The translations under genes and the position numbers were made by a program. Positions 37,527 through 51,230 of a stretch of 64,000 nt of DNA are shown here, piece by piece. Source of the DNA: Pelomyxa schiedti (Eukaryota > Protista > Evosea). The DNA is taken from contig JAHLWZ010000450.1 of assembly GCA_020536535.1 (NCBI GenBank), forward strand, positions 2,991 through 66,990, read 5' to 3'. The number at the start of each line of letters is the position of its first letter. Within the stretch, counting starts at the first letter, position 1. The notes under the pieces are model-generated. The model had not been told where the DNA came from, searched no databases, and saw only the letters and a program-made list of their open reading frames with translations.

Positions 37527-39585
37527 ATGAAGGGCAGTTTCGGGGGTAGCAGGGGAATGATGAATTCGCAACGGCATGCTACGTACTGCAGTCCTCAATC
37601 TCACACTGCCACATACGGCAGTCAATCTGACCAGCGGCAGTTGCCAATGATGGGACCCACGGCGCCTCCCGTATCTGGAAACACTCGCGGGTGCACCAAT
37701 CCTGAGACGTGCACCACTACCACTTCCAATTCCACTTCCACCTCAACACCGACGTCAGCAGCGGCCACAGCAACGCCCGTAGCCGATGCCAGCAGCACCA
37801 GCAGCACAACGACCAGCAGCACCGATAATGGCGGTGTCGGCAGCCCGACAAGCACTTGTGGGACAGGAGAAGGGAGCCACAGCCGCGGCCACAGGCGCAC
37901 GTACACGGCGGACTGGGCGTCGTTGGACGCGAGGCCCCTGCCAAAGTGGTACGCGGACGCCAAGTTCGGCGTGTTCATCCACTGGGGTGTCTATGCCGTC
38001 CCTGCTTTTGCTGTCCACAAGGTTTGGTTAGAGCCACGTGGTTGCGCAACCACCCAACTTAATTGCTATTTAGTTTTTGGTTTTGGTTTTTTGGGTCTGT
38101 TGGGCTTTTTTTTTAGTTTTGTTTTGTTTTGTTTTGTTTTGTTTTGTTTTGTTTGTTTGTTTGTTTGTTTGGCTGTTTTGGACTTACTTGCATACTTACT
38201 TTGAGTAGAGAGGAGGGGCGGAGTGGTACTTGAGAAAGTTGCAGACACCCAGTAGAGATGACGGTGCAACGCGACAGCACCATTCTGAGATGTACGGACC
38301 AAATTTTCCCTATTCGGAGTTCGCGCCTCAGTTCAATGCTAGTAAGTGGGATCCAAATGAGTGGGCAAGCATTTTCGCTGCCGCTGGAGCTAAATATGTT
38401 GTCCTGGTAGGTGATAGACTTATATATTTTGCTTGCAAGTGCTAACCACAAAGTACAATAGACTTCCAAGCATCATGAAGGATTTTGCCTTTGGGGGAGC
38501 AAAATGCACCCCCAGTGGAACGCAGTTGATGTACCTTCCAACCCCCAAAGAAAACTAAAAAATGATGCACTCACTAATACGTAGGTAGGACCACATAGAG
38601 ACTTGATAAAGGCACTCTCTGAAGCAGTTCGTGCCAAGGGTATGAAATTTGGACTGTACTATTCCCTGCTGGAGTGGTCCTCGGATATATCTGACGGGTA
38701 CATTGCTTCTACTCGCTGAATTTCTAACAATTCCACAGTAAAAACATTGCAAGACCTAATGTGGTTGCCAGTGATCTGAGAGAGTTGGTGCAGACCTACA
38801 AACCAAGTGTTCTATGGTTTGATGGTAATTGGGGAAGAACCGCTGAATTCTGGAGAACCAAGGAATTTCTTGCATGGCTCTACAATGAAAGTGATGTACG
38901 CGACGAAGTTGTCGTTAATGATAGACTTGGTGAAGGCTGCTCTGGATTCCATGGTGACTTTTATAACGGTAGGGATAGATTTATTGCCACTGGCACTCTT
39001 GTTCACAAGTGGGAGTGCTGCATGACAATTGGGAGCAGCTGGGGTCATAATTCCTATCTTAAACCCTCTTACTACAAGAGGAGAGATGAGCTCTTGAGGA
39101 CACTGATAGAAGTTGTGGCAAAAAATGGGAACCTTCTCTTAAATGTTGGACCCACCTCTGAAGGATTGATTGTTGATGAAGAGACAAGCGCACTGCTAGA
39201 CATTGGTTCATGGTTGAATGAACGAGGCTGTGCCATTTTCAGCACTTCCCCATGGCCGCGTGCACACAATGCGGGGTGTGTCAGCTACACAGTGGATGAG
39301 AGGGGCACTGTATATGCTCTGGTAACAAGCCCTTCAGGAGGCTCTTCTTCCACCAAGATTATTCTCCGTGGGATTCCTCGCCCATCAAGGATTGTGTCCA
39401 TTCCCATGGAAGAGATAACAGTGGAGTTTTCCAATGGCGAGAGCGTGGTTCGATTCACACACATGACCCAGTTCCCAGTGGTTCTCCAGCTCCAGTACAA
39501 CGAGGCACCCCCTGGGCCAACAAACAACAACACATCCACCACGCCAACTGCAACCCCACCACCACCAATGACCAACACTTCATAG
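37527..39585 (+). CDS. Alpha-L-fucosidase, GH29 (multi-exon)
   Basis: YTADWASLDARPLPKWYADAKFGVFIHWGVYAVPA, TSKHHEGFCLW, LWFDGNW (nucleophile Asp), VVNDRLG, KWECCMTI and NGNLLLNVGP. Confidence 0.95.
38116..38170 (+). repeat. (GTTTT)7(GTTT)5 microsatellite in fucosidase intron 1
   Basis: Direct reading. Confidence 0.95.
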
Positions 39586-40130
39586 CCAACAAACAACACT
39601 TAAACCAAAGTCCACACAGAAAACGACCCTTCAATCAACAATCCCTTGTTGGGCAATGTTACGTTATACACCGTGTGACCAGAAAAGGCACGCAGTGAGT
39701 TCACTTCCATTGCACGAAAGCACCGACTTGCGATTTTTTCGTAGGGTTGGAAAGACGCGAGAGGTAAATTGTACTTCGGTGAACCCCAAAATTTCGTTGC
39801 CGAGACAGCCAACACGACGAAAATAGAGCCGAGCGAGGTTCTAAATTACAAAAAGAACAACATGTCTTTCAGATTTTTTTTCCCTTTCTACTTCTATTTG
39901 TTTTTTTTGAAAAAACAAAAAAAAAAAAAAACCAACAAGGCACACCGTACTACGCCAGCGCTGTGGTTCTGTTGATAATCACCGCAGTCAAGATCTTCAC
40001 GTGCAAAGGTGACCTACAAGTTTGTTTGTTGGTGAGATCTAAGAGGGCGTAACCGACCGACGACGTCCCGGTTTTCGCGGCGCGAGTGCCAACTCAAACA
40101 GCGTCTTCTTAATTGGCCTCGAATACCCAC

Positions 40131-43100
40131 ATGTCCTCGGCGACAGGGGCGTGGCCTGCGTCTCCGCGCGCGAACGGCGTCCCGTCCCTCGGCCTCAACG
40201 GCGGCGTAAAATCGCCTCGGCAACAATCAGGCCCCATTATTAATGATTACATACAACAGCAGCAGCAACAACAGGTCGGGAGTACCACCTCCCCTCGCTC
40301 TCAGCCACCTCAAGTTACCGTTACGTTCAATGCACAAGCTCCTGCCTACATCCCTCTAAGCGCTAAAACCCAGACACCGAAATGCCCTGTAACCGCCATA
40401 AATACTACCAAACTAGCACACAACAGTGGCACTGCTAGCAGCAATACCACAACACCAGCACCCTCCCTAGGAGGCCTTGGGTCCCCCAGGACTGTGAGTA
40501 TTGTAACTTCCCCTCGAAGTTTGAATATCACTTCCCCTCGAAATCTGCCTATCACTTCCCCAAGAAATGCTACCATCACATCTCCAAGGAACAATACTAT
40601 CACGTCCCCGAGAAGCGTGACTGTGACTTCTCCAAGAAGTATTGGAATCACCTCTCCTAGAGGTATAAGTGCTCCCAGCAATGCCCCTTCATCTAGTTAT
40701 ACGCCGCCGGGTTCTCCTAGTTCCTCTCTTCTTCATTCCCTTATTGCAGCCAGTGACGTTAACAATAATGGAGCCCATCTGAACGGACCTTACTCGGCTT
40801 ATACAATGGCGCAGATGGGACAAATTGAAGATACTGCTACTACTGGCGCGGACAACTGCTATAGAGACCCTGGAGATTATTATGAGGATCAAGTGGGTAA
40901 TGAGCTTGACTATCAAGATTCCCCAAGGAGAATGTATGATTCGTACTCCTATCAAAATGGGTACGATGAAGGGGATATGGAAGACGACGACGGCAGTGAA
41001 GAATACAAGGATAAGGCGTACGACTTCATAAATGGCCCCCATCCTGGTGTTATTTGGGACGAGGCAACGAACCAATTTCGTCCTGATCAGAGTGCAGAAA
41101 AGCTAGCCTTCGAAAAATATTGTACAGAATCTGATTCTCAAATGGAAAGTGGCCTTGAAGCATTGCATCTTCTGGATGACTATGAGTGAGCCTTTTTCCC
41201 ATCCTTTTTTCTCTTTTATTCTTCTTTTCACACTGTGTTTAGGGGTTCTGACGGTTCGTTGAATGACATGAGTTCGATTGACATGGGTCTGTGGGGTTCC
41301 CCCACGACACCCCTTACTCCTGATCCTTCTATTGAGGATTATTCGTTGTACAACCAATCCCTTATACACAAAAGCTCATCCCTACCGTTCATGCCACAAT
41401 CAACAACAGCTTCTTCTGGTAACGCTCTCCGCAAACAGTTGTCATTTCCTGTGCCTATCTATCGTGGCCCAACCCCAACGGCATCTCCTAATATCAATCC
41501 AACTACCTCTAATGTACCTAATCTTCCGATTTCTACCTCACCCCCTCCCCAAACTCTTCCAATCACTTCCCGACTTGCCCAGGAGCAGGAAGTTTGCGGT
41601 TCGAGAATTTCTAGAAGCGTTCCTCCTCCTCAGTTTATTCCTGGCTTTATACTGAACGCCCCCCAAGTTCAAACTACTGAAGAACTACAGGTTCAATGCG
41701 AGTCAGATCAAGGATGGAAAACCGAGCACGACGGAAAAAGGCTACCTGAAAAAGAAGACGCATCCTTTTCGTATTTTCATTTTCCCAGTGGCTTTCAGCC
41801 TACCACCGTAACACCGGCAGTGCTGATGCAACCTCCAGTTCCAAGGTCACATTCAGCAGACCACTTGGAGTCCTCTGGGCCACCGCCTCTTGATGTCGGT
41901 CCCACAACAGGTTTTCCACCCCCTTCACAGTCGCCTGCCTATTCTATGCCACAGCTTAATTTCACATCTCCCAATCCAGTTCTTGGTGGTAAACCGCCAC
42001 AACCTCTTTCACCGAGATCTTTGGAACAACAATCGTTTAAACCACTCTCTCCTCGCTCACAGGAACAAACAACCAAATTCCCACAGAATTCCCCCCGGGG
42101 TGACCAGCCACCCTACAAACTTCCCTTGTCCTCCCCAAGATCCGTTGAACCTTCCACTGGTTACAAACTTCCTGTTTCTCCCAGGTCTGCTGAGTATAAG
42201 TTGTCACCACGTTCTATTGAACAACCGCCCTATAAACCTTTATCCCCTCGCAGTGGTGACCAACAGCCAAGCTACAAAGCTCCACCATTATCCCCTAGAT
42301 CAGCTGAGCAACTGTCTTTGCAACAATCATATAAGGCAATATCCCCAAGAGGAACCGATCCACAGGCCTTCAAAACATCTCCCCGACCTGCTGCAGATCC
42401 ACAACAAATGTACAAACCACTCTCCCCTCGTTCTAACGAGCAACCCTTCAAACTGTCCCCAAGAGGTGACCATGCATATACGAGACAACCTCTTCTCAAC
42501 ACACCAACTGTTCCCTCAATTGCACCAACGACATCTCTCCCAATTTTAAGACCCGATATTCCAAGAAGTATTGGTTACCCACTTGACTTGCCACCTCACT
42601 CCACCTATGATATGCTTTCATCAAATGCACCGTTGCCTCTTCCCCAGGAGTCCCCAAGGCAGTATGCACCACAAGGTAATATCGTTTCTATGGCTTTGAT
42701 TGTTACTCACTGTTTGAAAAGATGGCTCAATTAATGATGACGCTCTCCTGATTCACAACAAAAGGGGAGAATTGGTGGAAAGCCCCAATTCTAGATTATC
42801 TTATAAAATGTTTTACCGGAAGTTTAAACAGACGGAGAAGGATGAGGGACTGAAAGCCGCCGTTAATTTTGCATTGCGCCATCTCTCAATTCTTCCTCAC
42901 AAAGTCCACTGGAGGGTTTACCTTGAGATGGCAGATATGGCTAAACGTGAAAATGTTTTGGAAGAAGCACGAGACTATTATGAAAAAGTTACAGAGTTGC
43001 AACCCTATGCTTGTCAGGGGTGGCTGGAATACGCAAAAATGGAAGAAGAGTATGGGAGAGTTGAAGCGTGCAGGGTACCCTTCCAAACCTCTTCATCTCA

Positions 43101-45086
43101 GTTCTGATCACATAAAGAACATTCTCGCAAGAGGCCTTAATAATTGCTCTTATAATGAAAGTTTAATGTTAAAGGCCATCAAGTTGGAAGAGAAGCTTGG
43201 CAACCTAGATGCAGCTCGATCTTTGCTATCCCGAGTAAAGTGTGTAATAACGCAATTTAGTTACATCCTAACCACCCTCCAGACACTTCCCGGTTGAAAA
43301 GACTTGGAAGACCATGCTTGAGGGTGCTTTATTGGAGGCCAGAAATGGCAATATTACCCTTGCACGGCACATTTTTAGGGTTTGGCCATTCTCAATCTGG
43401 AAGTGCTATTAACAACTTGGCCACAGTATTTGATCCGACATGCACCCTGGTTTGGCCCTATTTACCAAGAAGCATATCGCTTTGAGGAAAAATATGAATT
43501 TTATGACAAAGCTGTTACTATAGTGGAGACTGGCTTGAAGCAGTGCACACGGTAGGTAAAATTCTTAATCCATGAACCTTAAACATGTTTAGTTATGGTC
43601 CACTGTGGTTTTCTGCCCTACGGATCCATGAGAAAATTTCCAAAGGAAATTTAGAAAAAACGCGCCTGATAGTTGAGAGAGCTGTACAACAAATTTCCAA
43701 GGTACACATACCGACGTTGTGAAACCTACTGAGCCATGTAGGAGCTGGTTTGGAAAATTTATTTTGAAGCTGCGCAAATAGAAGATAGGGCAGGTAACTG
43801 CGAAAAAGCTAGGGATATGTACGTTCATGCTGTTTTCAGTTGCCCTGAAAATTTGTTGTGGAAAATCTGGCTTGGAGGTAACACAACTCAGCAGGAGCTC
43901 TTTTCTTACCAAAAACTAGGAGCAAGAACAGAGCTTGGGGCTGACGAAATTCTTGTCGGACGAATGCTTGTGAGACGTGCTCTACAGGAAGTACCCTTAA
44001 AAATGAGGCCAACAGTACTGCTCGACAAGTCCAGGCTTGAAGAGTACGCAGGTGACATTGAAGCTGCAAGAAACATACTTTCCAGTGCAAGAAAAGAATA
44101 TTCATACGAGTGGAAGGTAATAAAATTCATACCTCGCAAGTTTTAGACACCATCCCAGGTGTATCTCGAAAGTGTACTTCTGGAAATTCGCGCTGGAAAT
44201 ATCCCAGGTGCCCTTGCAGCAGTGAAAGAAGCACTCAAAGTAAGTTTGTAAGCTATTGTCTCGAACCTGAATCTCTATAGATACACACATCCACTGGTCG
44301 CTTGTGGGCAGTCTTTATACAATTGAAACAATCAAGTGGAACTGAAGCCCAAATGAAAGTGTTCCAGAAAGCACTCCGAGAGGTAATCTAAAGCACTAAG
44401 TACGGGAGTAACCTTCTCAAGGTACCCAAGTCAGGGGAAGTGTGGTGTGAAGGTGCTCGAATTTATCTTTACCAAAACGACTTCAAAGAGGCCAAAAAGT
44501 GTGCTCCCCGACTCAACATGTGCATTAATTAATATGGTTGCTCAAGAGCTTTGAAGTTTGCTATACAGTTCACCCCTCAGTATGGGGACTCCTTTATCGA
44601 GTGCCTTCACAGAAAAATCTTATGTAAGGGTATTTCCTGTGATACCGATAATATTGAACAGGTAAGTGAGAACGTCCACTCTGGCGTTTGTGTTTAACAT
44701 TTAAACAGCGGTGCATAAATGCAGAACCTAACTATGGGCCAATGTGGTTGCACTGTAAAACACACCCACTTGATTCATCCAGGCAGGTTCTTCGTACAGC
44801 TAAACAACTTCTTATCAAGGCACTTGCTGATAAGTGCCCTGTTGGTGCTGGTAGTGCCGGCAACCACAGTACTATTACCGCCCTTTCCCTGCCACCTGCC
44901 AACCAGCCAGGCGAGGTACCCCCAAACACTTCTTCCGCTTCAGCTCCTAGCAGCCCGAAGGACCAGCCGGATGACGAAGCAACTAACTCTCTATTTAACC
45001 TCAATGCCATGCATCAGTGCCATGCTGGTGTGATACCAGCTGAGCGCCGCAAACTCATTTTTGGATCAGACCAGATCAAGCCGTGA
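40131..45086 (+). CDS. HAT/TPR-repeat protein (Prp6/crooked-neck-like C-terminal half) with a long SPR-rich disordered N-terminus
   Basis: Repeated W-x-E-x-A HAT helices (HWRVYLEMADMAKRE, QGWLEYAKMEEE, VWKIYFEAAQIE, PKSGEVWCEGAR), plus AIQFTPQYGDSFIE and CINAEPNYGPMWLHCK. Confidence 0.85.
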
Positions 45087-45599
45087 TTAAAGCCGTCACT
45101 TTAACAAGTAAACTCCGTCATTGCCCGCAATGATACATACCAACCCTACCTAGGTGAACAGAGCCCCCTGTTTCATACTTCCCAACAACAGCTGGAACTA
45201 TGTAACAATATTTTTGTTGGTGGAGGGCGTAGCGGGATGTGGATAACACCCCATCCCAAAAACAATGTAAAACTTTTGTGTAAGCCACGTTTTTGCATTG
45301 CCAGCCAGAAAGAAGCCTTTTTGCTTATTTTTTTACCCTGTCTTCCCAGTACCACATTCCTCTTCAATGAAGCCACTTCGCCCGTCTGGAGATTTTCGAT
45401 GAAACGGTTTTTCCAAGCCGAGAATCCTCAGCTTTTTTCCAAAAGAAAGCCTTTTCCTTTCCCCCGGGCTGTACCTCCCGGGAACGAAATCTTATCTGTG
45501 GTTTGTCTAAAGAACCAAGTTTTTCGTGGCGTTGTCTTGGAGATAGTTGACATTTAAAAAAAAAAACAAACCACTATTGACAACCTGCAGCAGCAGTTT

Positions 45600-46932
45600 A
45601 TGCACAAGGCAGCTGCCTTTTTTTTACTGTCCAAGATCCGCCCGTCACAAACACATAATGCCTCATCTTGCTCTGTGTCATCATCAGAAACACCAGAAAC
45701 CACAACAAACCGCTGTTATGAAGGGGACTTGGAGGCCCTGAGCGCCGTTGCTGCCGAAGAAGCCATGTTGCAGCCTGTCGACATGACGTCGTCAGTGGGG
45801 ATGTTGAGCTGCCGACCGCTGCCTGATTTGTTCGCCAGGTTGGGTCTTATATCTCTTTTTTTCTTATTGTCTCTTAATCATTGCGTAGTTTGGCTGCGGA
45901 TATGTCACTGCCTCATTCTGTTGTCATCGTGGCTTGTATTTTGGCTCAGAGATGTTGTCAAAGGCTTCCGCTCACACTCGAAAACGTTCGAGAAATAGCT
46001 TTGGCATGTCTAGTCATCTCCTCTAAGTATGCTCACTAGTTGTGGATGCCTATTTCTTTGCTTATCTAGTTTCCAGGATATTATTAGACGATTTCTTACA
46101 TTCAGCCCCTTTTCCTGCTTATGCAATATTCGCTAGGGCTGCTGGAGTAAGCTCAAATAAACTAGCGTCCTCTGAAAAGTTCGTATTATCCTCTGGGCTC
46201 AGGTTCAACTTATGTGTGGACCAAACGGAATACCCTGCATTTGCCTCAATGCTGGGTACTATGTCCCAGAACATTCCAGCCTCAATCTTTGGTGCGCGTC
46301 CTATTTTCGGCCACTGCGTCGCTTCACCTGTACCGACCAAAGAGTCACCAAAACAGAAGAGCGAAGTTTCACCCCCAATTTCTGCGCGAAGCACAACTGG
46401 GGGTGCAACGAGGATCGGGCCTCACCAAGTCACATCTCCGCGCGTAGTACCAAAGCCAAAAAGTGAGTCACTCACCACATCAACTTCTGTGCTGTCTCCT
46501 GACTCTCTCCGGGCTCAAAAGCAAAATCTAAGCCTCAGTGATGTTACACCACTCCCCTTGCAGAAGATTGACTTCCGTCGCACTGCCAGCGACAATAACC
46601 TGTACTCTCGGGTAAATTTGAATTCGTGTGAACTGCCACAAGTGCACCACAGTCACCACGTAACCACCTCCCTCAGAGCCTCAGGCACCACTCAGCACAG
46701 ACACACAACAAACACAGAGGCCAGCCCGCAACTTCACTCACGCACCCCGCCCTCTGCAACAACCACAACCACAACCGCAACAGCAGCAACCACAACAACT
46801 TCTTCCTCCTCGCTGCCTCCACTTGCACCCAGCAACAAACCCCACACAGTATCGCCAAACCAGCACAGGCACCAATCACCCAGCACCAATCACAGGCCCT
46901 TCTCGCCTCTCCCGCCCATATCACACACCTGA
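45600..46932 (+). CDS. PHO80/cyclin-P/Y-like cyclin with low-complexity C-terminal tail, 3 exons
   Basis: Spliced cyclin box VVIVACILAQR..LPLTLENVREIALACLVISSK|ILLDD...FARAAGVSSNKLASSEKFVL..LRFNLCV. Confidence 0.8.
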
Positions 46933-47240
46933 ATCATAGCAATCACCTGTCACAGCACTACCCCCTCAACACCCCAACCCACCCTTGTACTTGTACTTAT
47001 GGCTTTTTGTTGTTTGTACTTCTAAAAATTGCTGATAAGGCCAAGTGACGTCCCATCATCGATGATGATGAACACTCCCATCAAACATTCCGTTCCGAGT
47101 TCGGTTTTTTTTCCACTTGTGCTAGTGTTCCTTCGTGCAACTCCTGGCCACCCATTTATAAGTGCGGCTAGCGCCATCACAAAAACCAAACACAAAACAA
47201 ACAGCCAGGGCGCCGAAGCGTTGCGACCAACAACAACGCC

Positions 47241-50200
47241 ATGCAGGGTACAGGGAAAGGGACAGGCAAGGCCCGCAAGGCCGCTACTGCAGCAGCAGCG
47301 CCACCTCCACCACCACCAGCAGCCAACAACCCGCCGACGAGCGCAGCCAAGGGCAAGTCGGCGCCGTCGGGGGCGACCACGGCCACGGCCACTGGGGGAG
47401 GGAGCAAGAAGAAGAAGCCCGCGGCTACGACTTCGACAGCGACTGCGACCGCGACCAAAGCGGTAGTGGCTACTGCTGCTGCCTTGTCTGAACCTACGCC
47501 CGCGGCCCCGGCCCCAGCCCCGGCTCCCACAACCCCTGTTGCTGTTGTTGGAGGCGCCTCCACGACGACGGCAACGGCAACGACCGACCCAGCACCCACA
47601 AGTGCCACCAACAAGAAGAAAAAGAACAAGAACAAAAAACCCAGCGGCGGTGATACTCAGGCCCAGGCGCAGGCTCAGGCTCAGCCTCCAGCTCTGAATC
47701 AACCACCCGAGCCCAGCACCAGCACCACCACCAGTGCTACTGTTATTGTTGCTGCTACTGTTGCTGTTAGTGATAAACAAGGGGCAACTAACGCTAAATC
47801 CAACGCCAATGGCAGCAGTGGCAAGGCGAAAAGTAAAAAGGGCGGTGCCACCTCTACCGCCGGTGCTTCTGGTTCTACTGCTGCTGCACAGCAGACACCA
47901 GCTACCTCGACTGGTGCTACTGCGGCACAGAAGAAACAAACTGCTACTGATGCGCAGGGCACAAAGTCGGCGGATTCTACTGCTAAAGCGGCAAAGGCCT
48001 CTGCCGACTCTTCTGCAGTTCCTGTTTCTTCTGTCAGTGCTGCAACTTCCGCCAGCAGTGGTTCCGGCACTACTGCAACTAGTACTACTACTAGTACTGC
48101 TAGTTCTGAAGCCAAGCCTCGAGATAACTTGCAGGACCAAGGAGTGAAAACAGCCTCTACTTCGGCAAGTGGCACGACACCTCCTGGAAGTCAAGTTAGT
48201 GCAACTGGGACCACTTCAAAGAAGAAGAAAAAAGGGAAGAAAGCCAAGCCAACTTCATTTGCTGCACATGAGGAGCTTGCATATATTGCTTCTTTTCTTT
48301 CTGGCGCCCAGCCGGCTTCTGCAGTCCAAACCACTTCCACAACCTCTACTGCAACCAGCACCGCTGTTCCTAGTTGCTATGTCAATTGTGGTATACCAGC
48401 TACCCTTTTCGTTGATGAGCATATCCTCATAACAGCTGCTAATACTGCTGAGGTACTTTTTTTTTCCCTCTGTCCTCCATACTTACATTTTGGTAGATCG
48501 AAGTGGTGGCAGATTTGAAATCTCCCATGACAGTTTCAGTGCCTGGAAAAGATGAGATTAACGTTACTGGTATGATTGTGTAGTTCGATTTTGTGCCCTA
48601 ATTTCGCGTAGTTTCCCATCTACCTCCATTGACTTTGAGAGTGGAAGTATGTTGCCAAATAATTGTTTGCTTTGCGTAACCAAATTCAGCTTCCTACTAC
48701 ATATCCCTCAGACGATCCACCTTTGTTTTGTCTCAGGTATACCTTCTTTCTATCAAAATCGGGAGTCGTTTGACTGGTATTAGTTCTTGTTGGCTCACCC
48801 TGAGTCAACTTGCAACCTCCTGTCAGCATTTTGATAGACTGTGGAGCGAGCACCAAAACGAATTTATAATATTAAGGCATGTATATCGGAGAGTCAATTA
48901 CGTTGACTCACATATTTTTGTGTTTTGTAGGTGGATGCAATGGCTGAAAACAGAACTCATTGCTTCTTTGGGAATCAAGAGTGTGAATTTGTCCACTGAC
49001 GAAGTAGCGACTGAAATTGGTTTTTTCTTACTGCGTTGATCTTGTGTGTAACTCTTTTTAGAGGATGCTCGTGCAGTTGTAGAAACTGTGAATGATCAAG
49101 CGTTTGGGGTTGATGTTATGCCATATTTGATAGAATACAACAAGTAACGAACTTCCCTCTTGCAACCCTTTCCGAATCTTAAAAAAAAAAACAAGGAAAC
49201 AAGCAACAGTGGTTTTCCGGCGCAGTGCACATACTTGCTCTATATGCCTTACCGACTTCCCTGGGACTGAGTTTTCAGAACTGGGTGACTGTGGGCACAT
49301 GTTTTGCAATGATTGCATGCGCACATTCTGGTATTACAGTGACTCTGTATCTTTGGCTTTTCTAACTCCTTCATAGTGCAACCCATATCACCAGTGGTGA
49401 AATCGAGTTGTTACATTGCCCTCAGACAGGATGCAACAAAGATATAGATCCGAATGTAATACGGAGCTTAGTATCTCCAGAACAATATGCGAGGTTCTTG
49501 AATGAAAGTTCAGTTGTCCATGTTTATTCTTTGCAGATACGAACACTTTTTGATTACCAAATCAATGGAGGGAAGACCCGATGTTACTTGGTGTCCTCGC
49601 TGTCAGCACACAGGTTGGTTTGTTGTTGAGTATACAACCTTATCCAATGTGTTGTAGTTATTGGAGATCTTCACCTCCAGCTTGGGCCTTGCTTATACTG
49701 TCATTACAGTTTTTGTTTGAAATGCAGATCTGGATGGTTCCTATCTTCCTCACTTCTTCCTTTCTCACAACAGTAAAGGCATGCCAAAACACCATGTGTA
49801 AGAGTGGAAGGTACAAATATTCACCCGTGCAGCTTTTTTTTGTTTGTAAAAACCGCTTACAGAACGCCTTGCAAAAATCATTGCACAGGAGCGCCTTGCT
49901 ACTACAAAAGAGATGGCAGCCAAGTTAGCAAAGTACCCAAGGGAAAAAAATGCATTTCCTCTCCACTTAAGGTAAATAGGAGACGAAAGGAAGTAGAACT
50001 TGAAATCAAAGACTTGGACTGGATCAAGGCCAATACCAAAGTCTGTCCACACTGTCACATTGCCATTGAAAAGACCTCTGGCTGTATGGCTTGAGGTAAA
50101 CAGCGTGGAGTTGCTCACGGTGTAAACTAGGTAACCACATGTACTGCCAACATTGTGGAAAAGAGTTCTGCTACCACTGCTGCGCCAAGATTGTGGGCTA

Positions 50201-50924
50201 TTCTCATTTCTCAGAAAGCAACTGTTTTCTATTCCACTACCCTGAAACGGAAGTTGTATGTGTTCCCATAATTAGGGGTTACCCGTATTGATGGTGTTGT
50301 CTAAATTACATTGTAGCTTCGCCCCCGCTTTGCTCCACCACCAAGGCGTGAGAACCCAAAAATGCGAGAGAAGCTCCAGACACTCCCCAGCGGCCATCCC
50401 GACCTATACTCATGCCCAAGGTGCAAGTACCGCCATGCCAAAGTAGAGCCCAACAACCAGGTTTCTTGCATGAACTGCAAGCTCATGTTCTGCTTCCTAT
50501 GTCTGCAGGTCTGTTACTGTCAATCTCCACTCAAAACAAAGACTAATCTAATGGCGAACTACCAAACAACAACCAATTGAATTTACAACAACAAACAACA
50601 CACCAAGCACAAAAAACAAGCGCTGCTTATGATCACACACATTCGCAAAAAAAAAAAAAGATTGGAAGTTTTATTGTATCATCACTTATGCGCCTGTCAA
50701 TTCCTTCCGTTTTCTGCTGTTATATAAGAGTGTCATTTCCCTATAACTTCCACAACGTTCTAATTGCGTTGGCTTTTGGTCTTGCCTTCACAGTCTCCTT
50801 ACTGGAAGTTCCAATATGCTTCATCACCATGAAAATGTACTTCGACCCCAATTCTCCCAGTTTTGATTTTTCTCATTTTAACCCAGATTATCTGGTTCCT
50901 TTGTGTATATTTCCTTTGCCCTGA
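47241..50924 (+). CDS. RBR E3 ubiquitin ligase, RNF14/ARA54-like (RWD-RING1-IBR-RING2 plus an extra partial IBR) with Ala/Thr/Lys-rich N-terminus; last exon uncertain
   Basis: RWD EELAYIASF, HLPPLTL..LPTTYPSDDPPLF; RING1 CSIC..CGHMFCNDC..CPQTGC; IBR WCPRC..CLYCHYSFCLKC..WH; RING2 [32 protein letters not shown]; extra CPRC..CMNC.LMFCFLC. Confidence 0.88.
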
Positions 50925-51230
50925 TTATCATTGGGGCACTTCCCTATCTCCTTCCTGCCTACTTGTTTATAAGCCTAGAGCTAAGGGCCCGTCAACTCCA
51001 ACGTCCAATGCTACCCTAAAATAGCACCCAACACCACACCCACTTGTGAAAAACCAAAAATTCAGAAAACAATAAATTTTTAAATTGAAAAATCAAAACA
51101 AAAGAGAGGAAGGCACAACTCTGTGTGCTCTGATAGATGAATTAGAAACTTTCTCATCTGTTGTTTTTCAACTGGGGCAATTAGAGCCAAGGGAAGCACC
51201 CTTTACAGCGTCAAAAGGGTGGAGTCTACA

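Noticed and set aside
30666-50924. Apparent ubiquitin-themed cluster (F-box, SGT1, RBR ligase; CUE protein upstream)
   Set aside because: These families are abundant in amoebozoan genomes and are interspersed with unrelated genes; no evidence of co-regulation.
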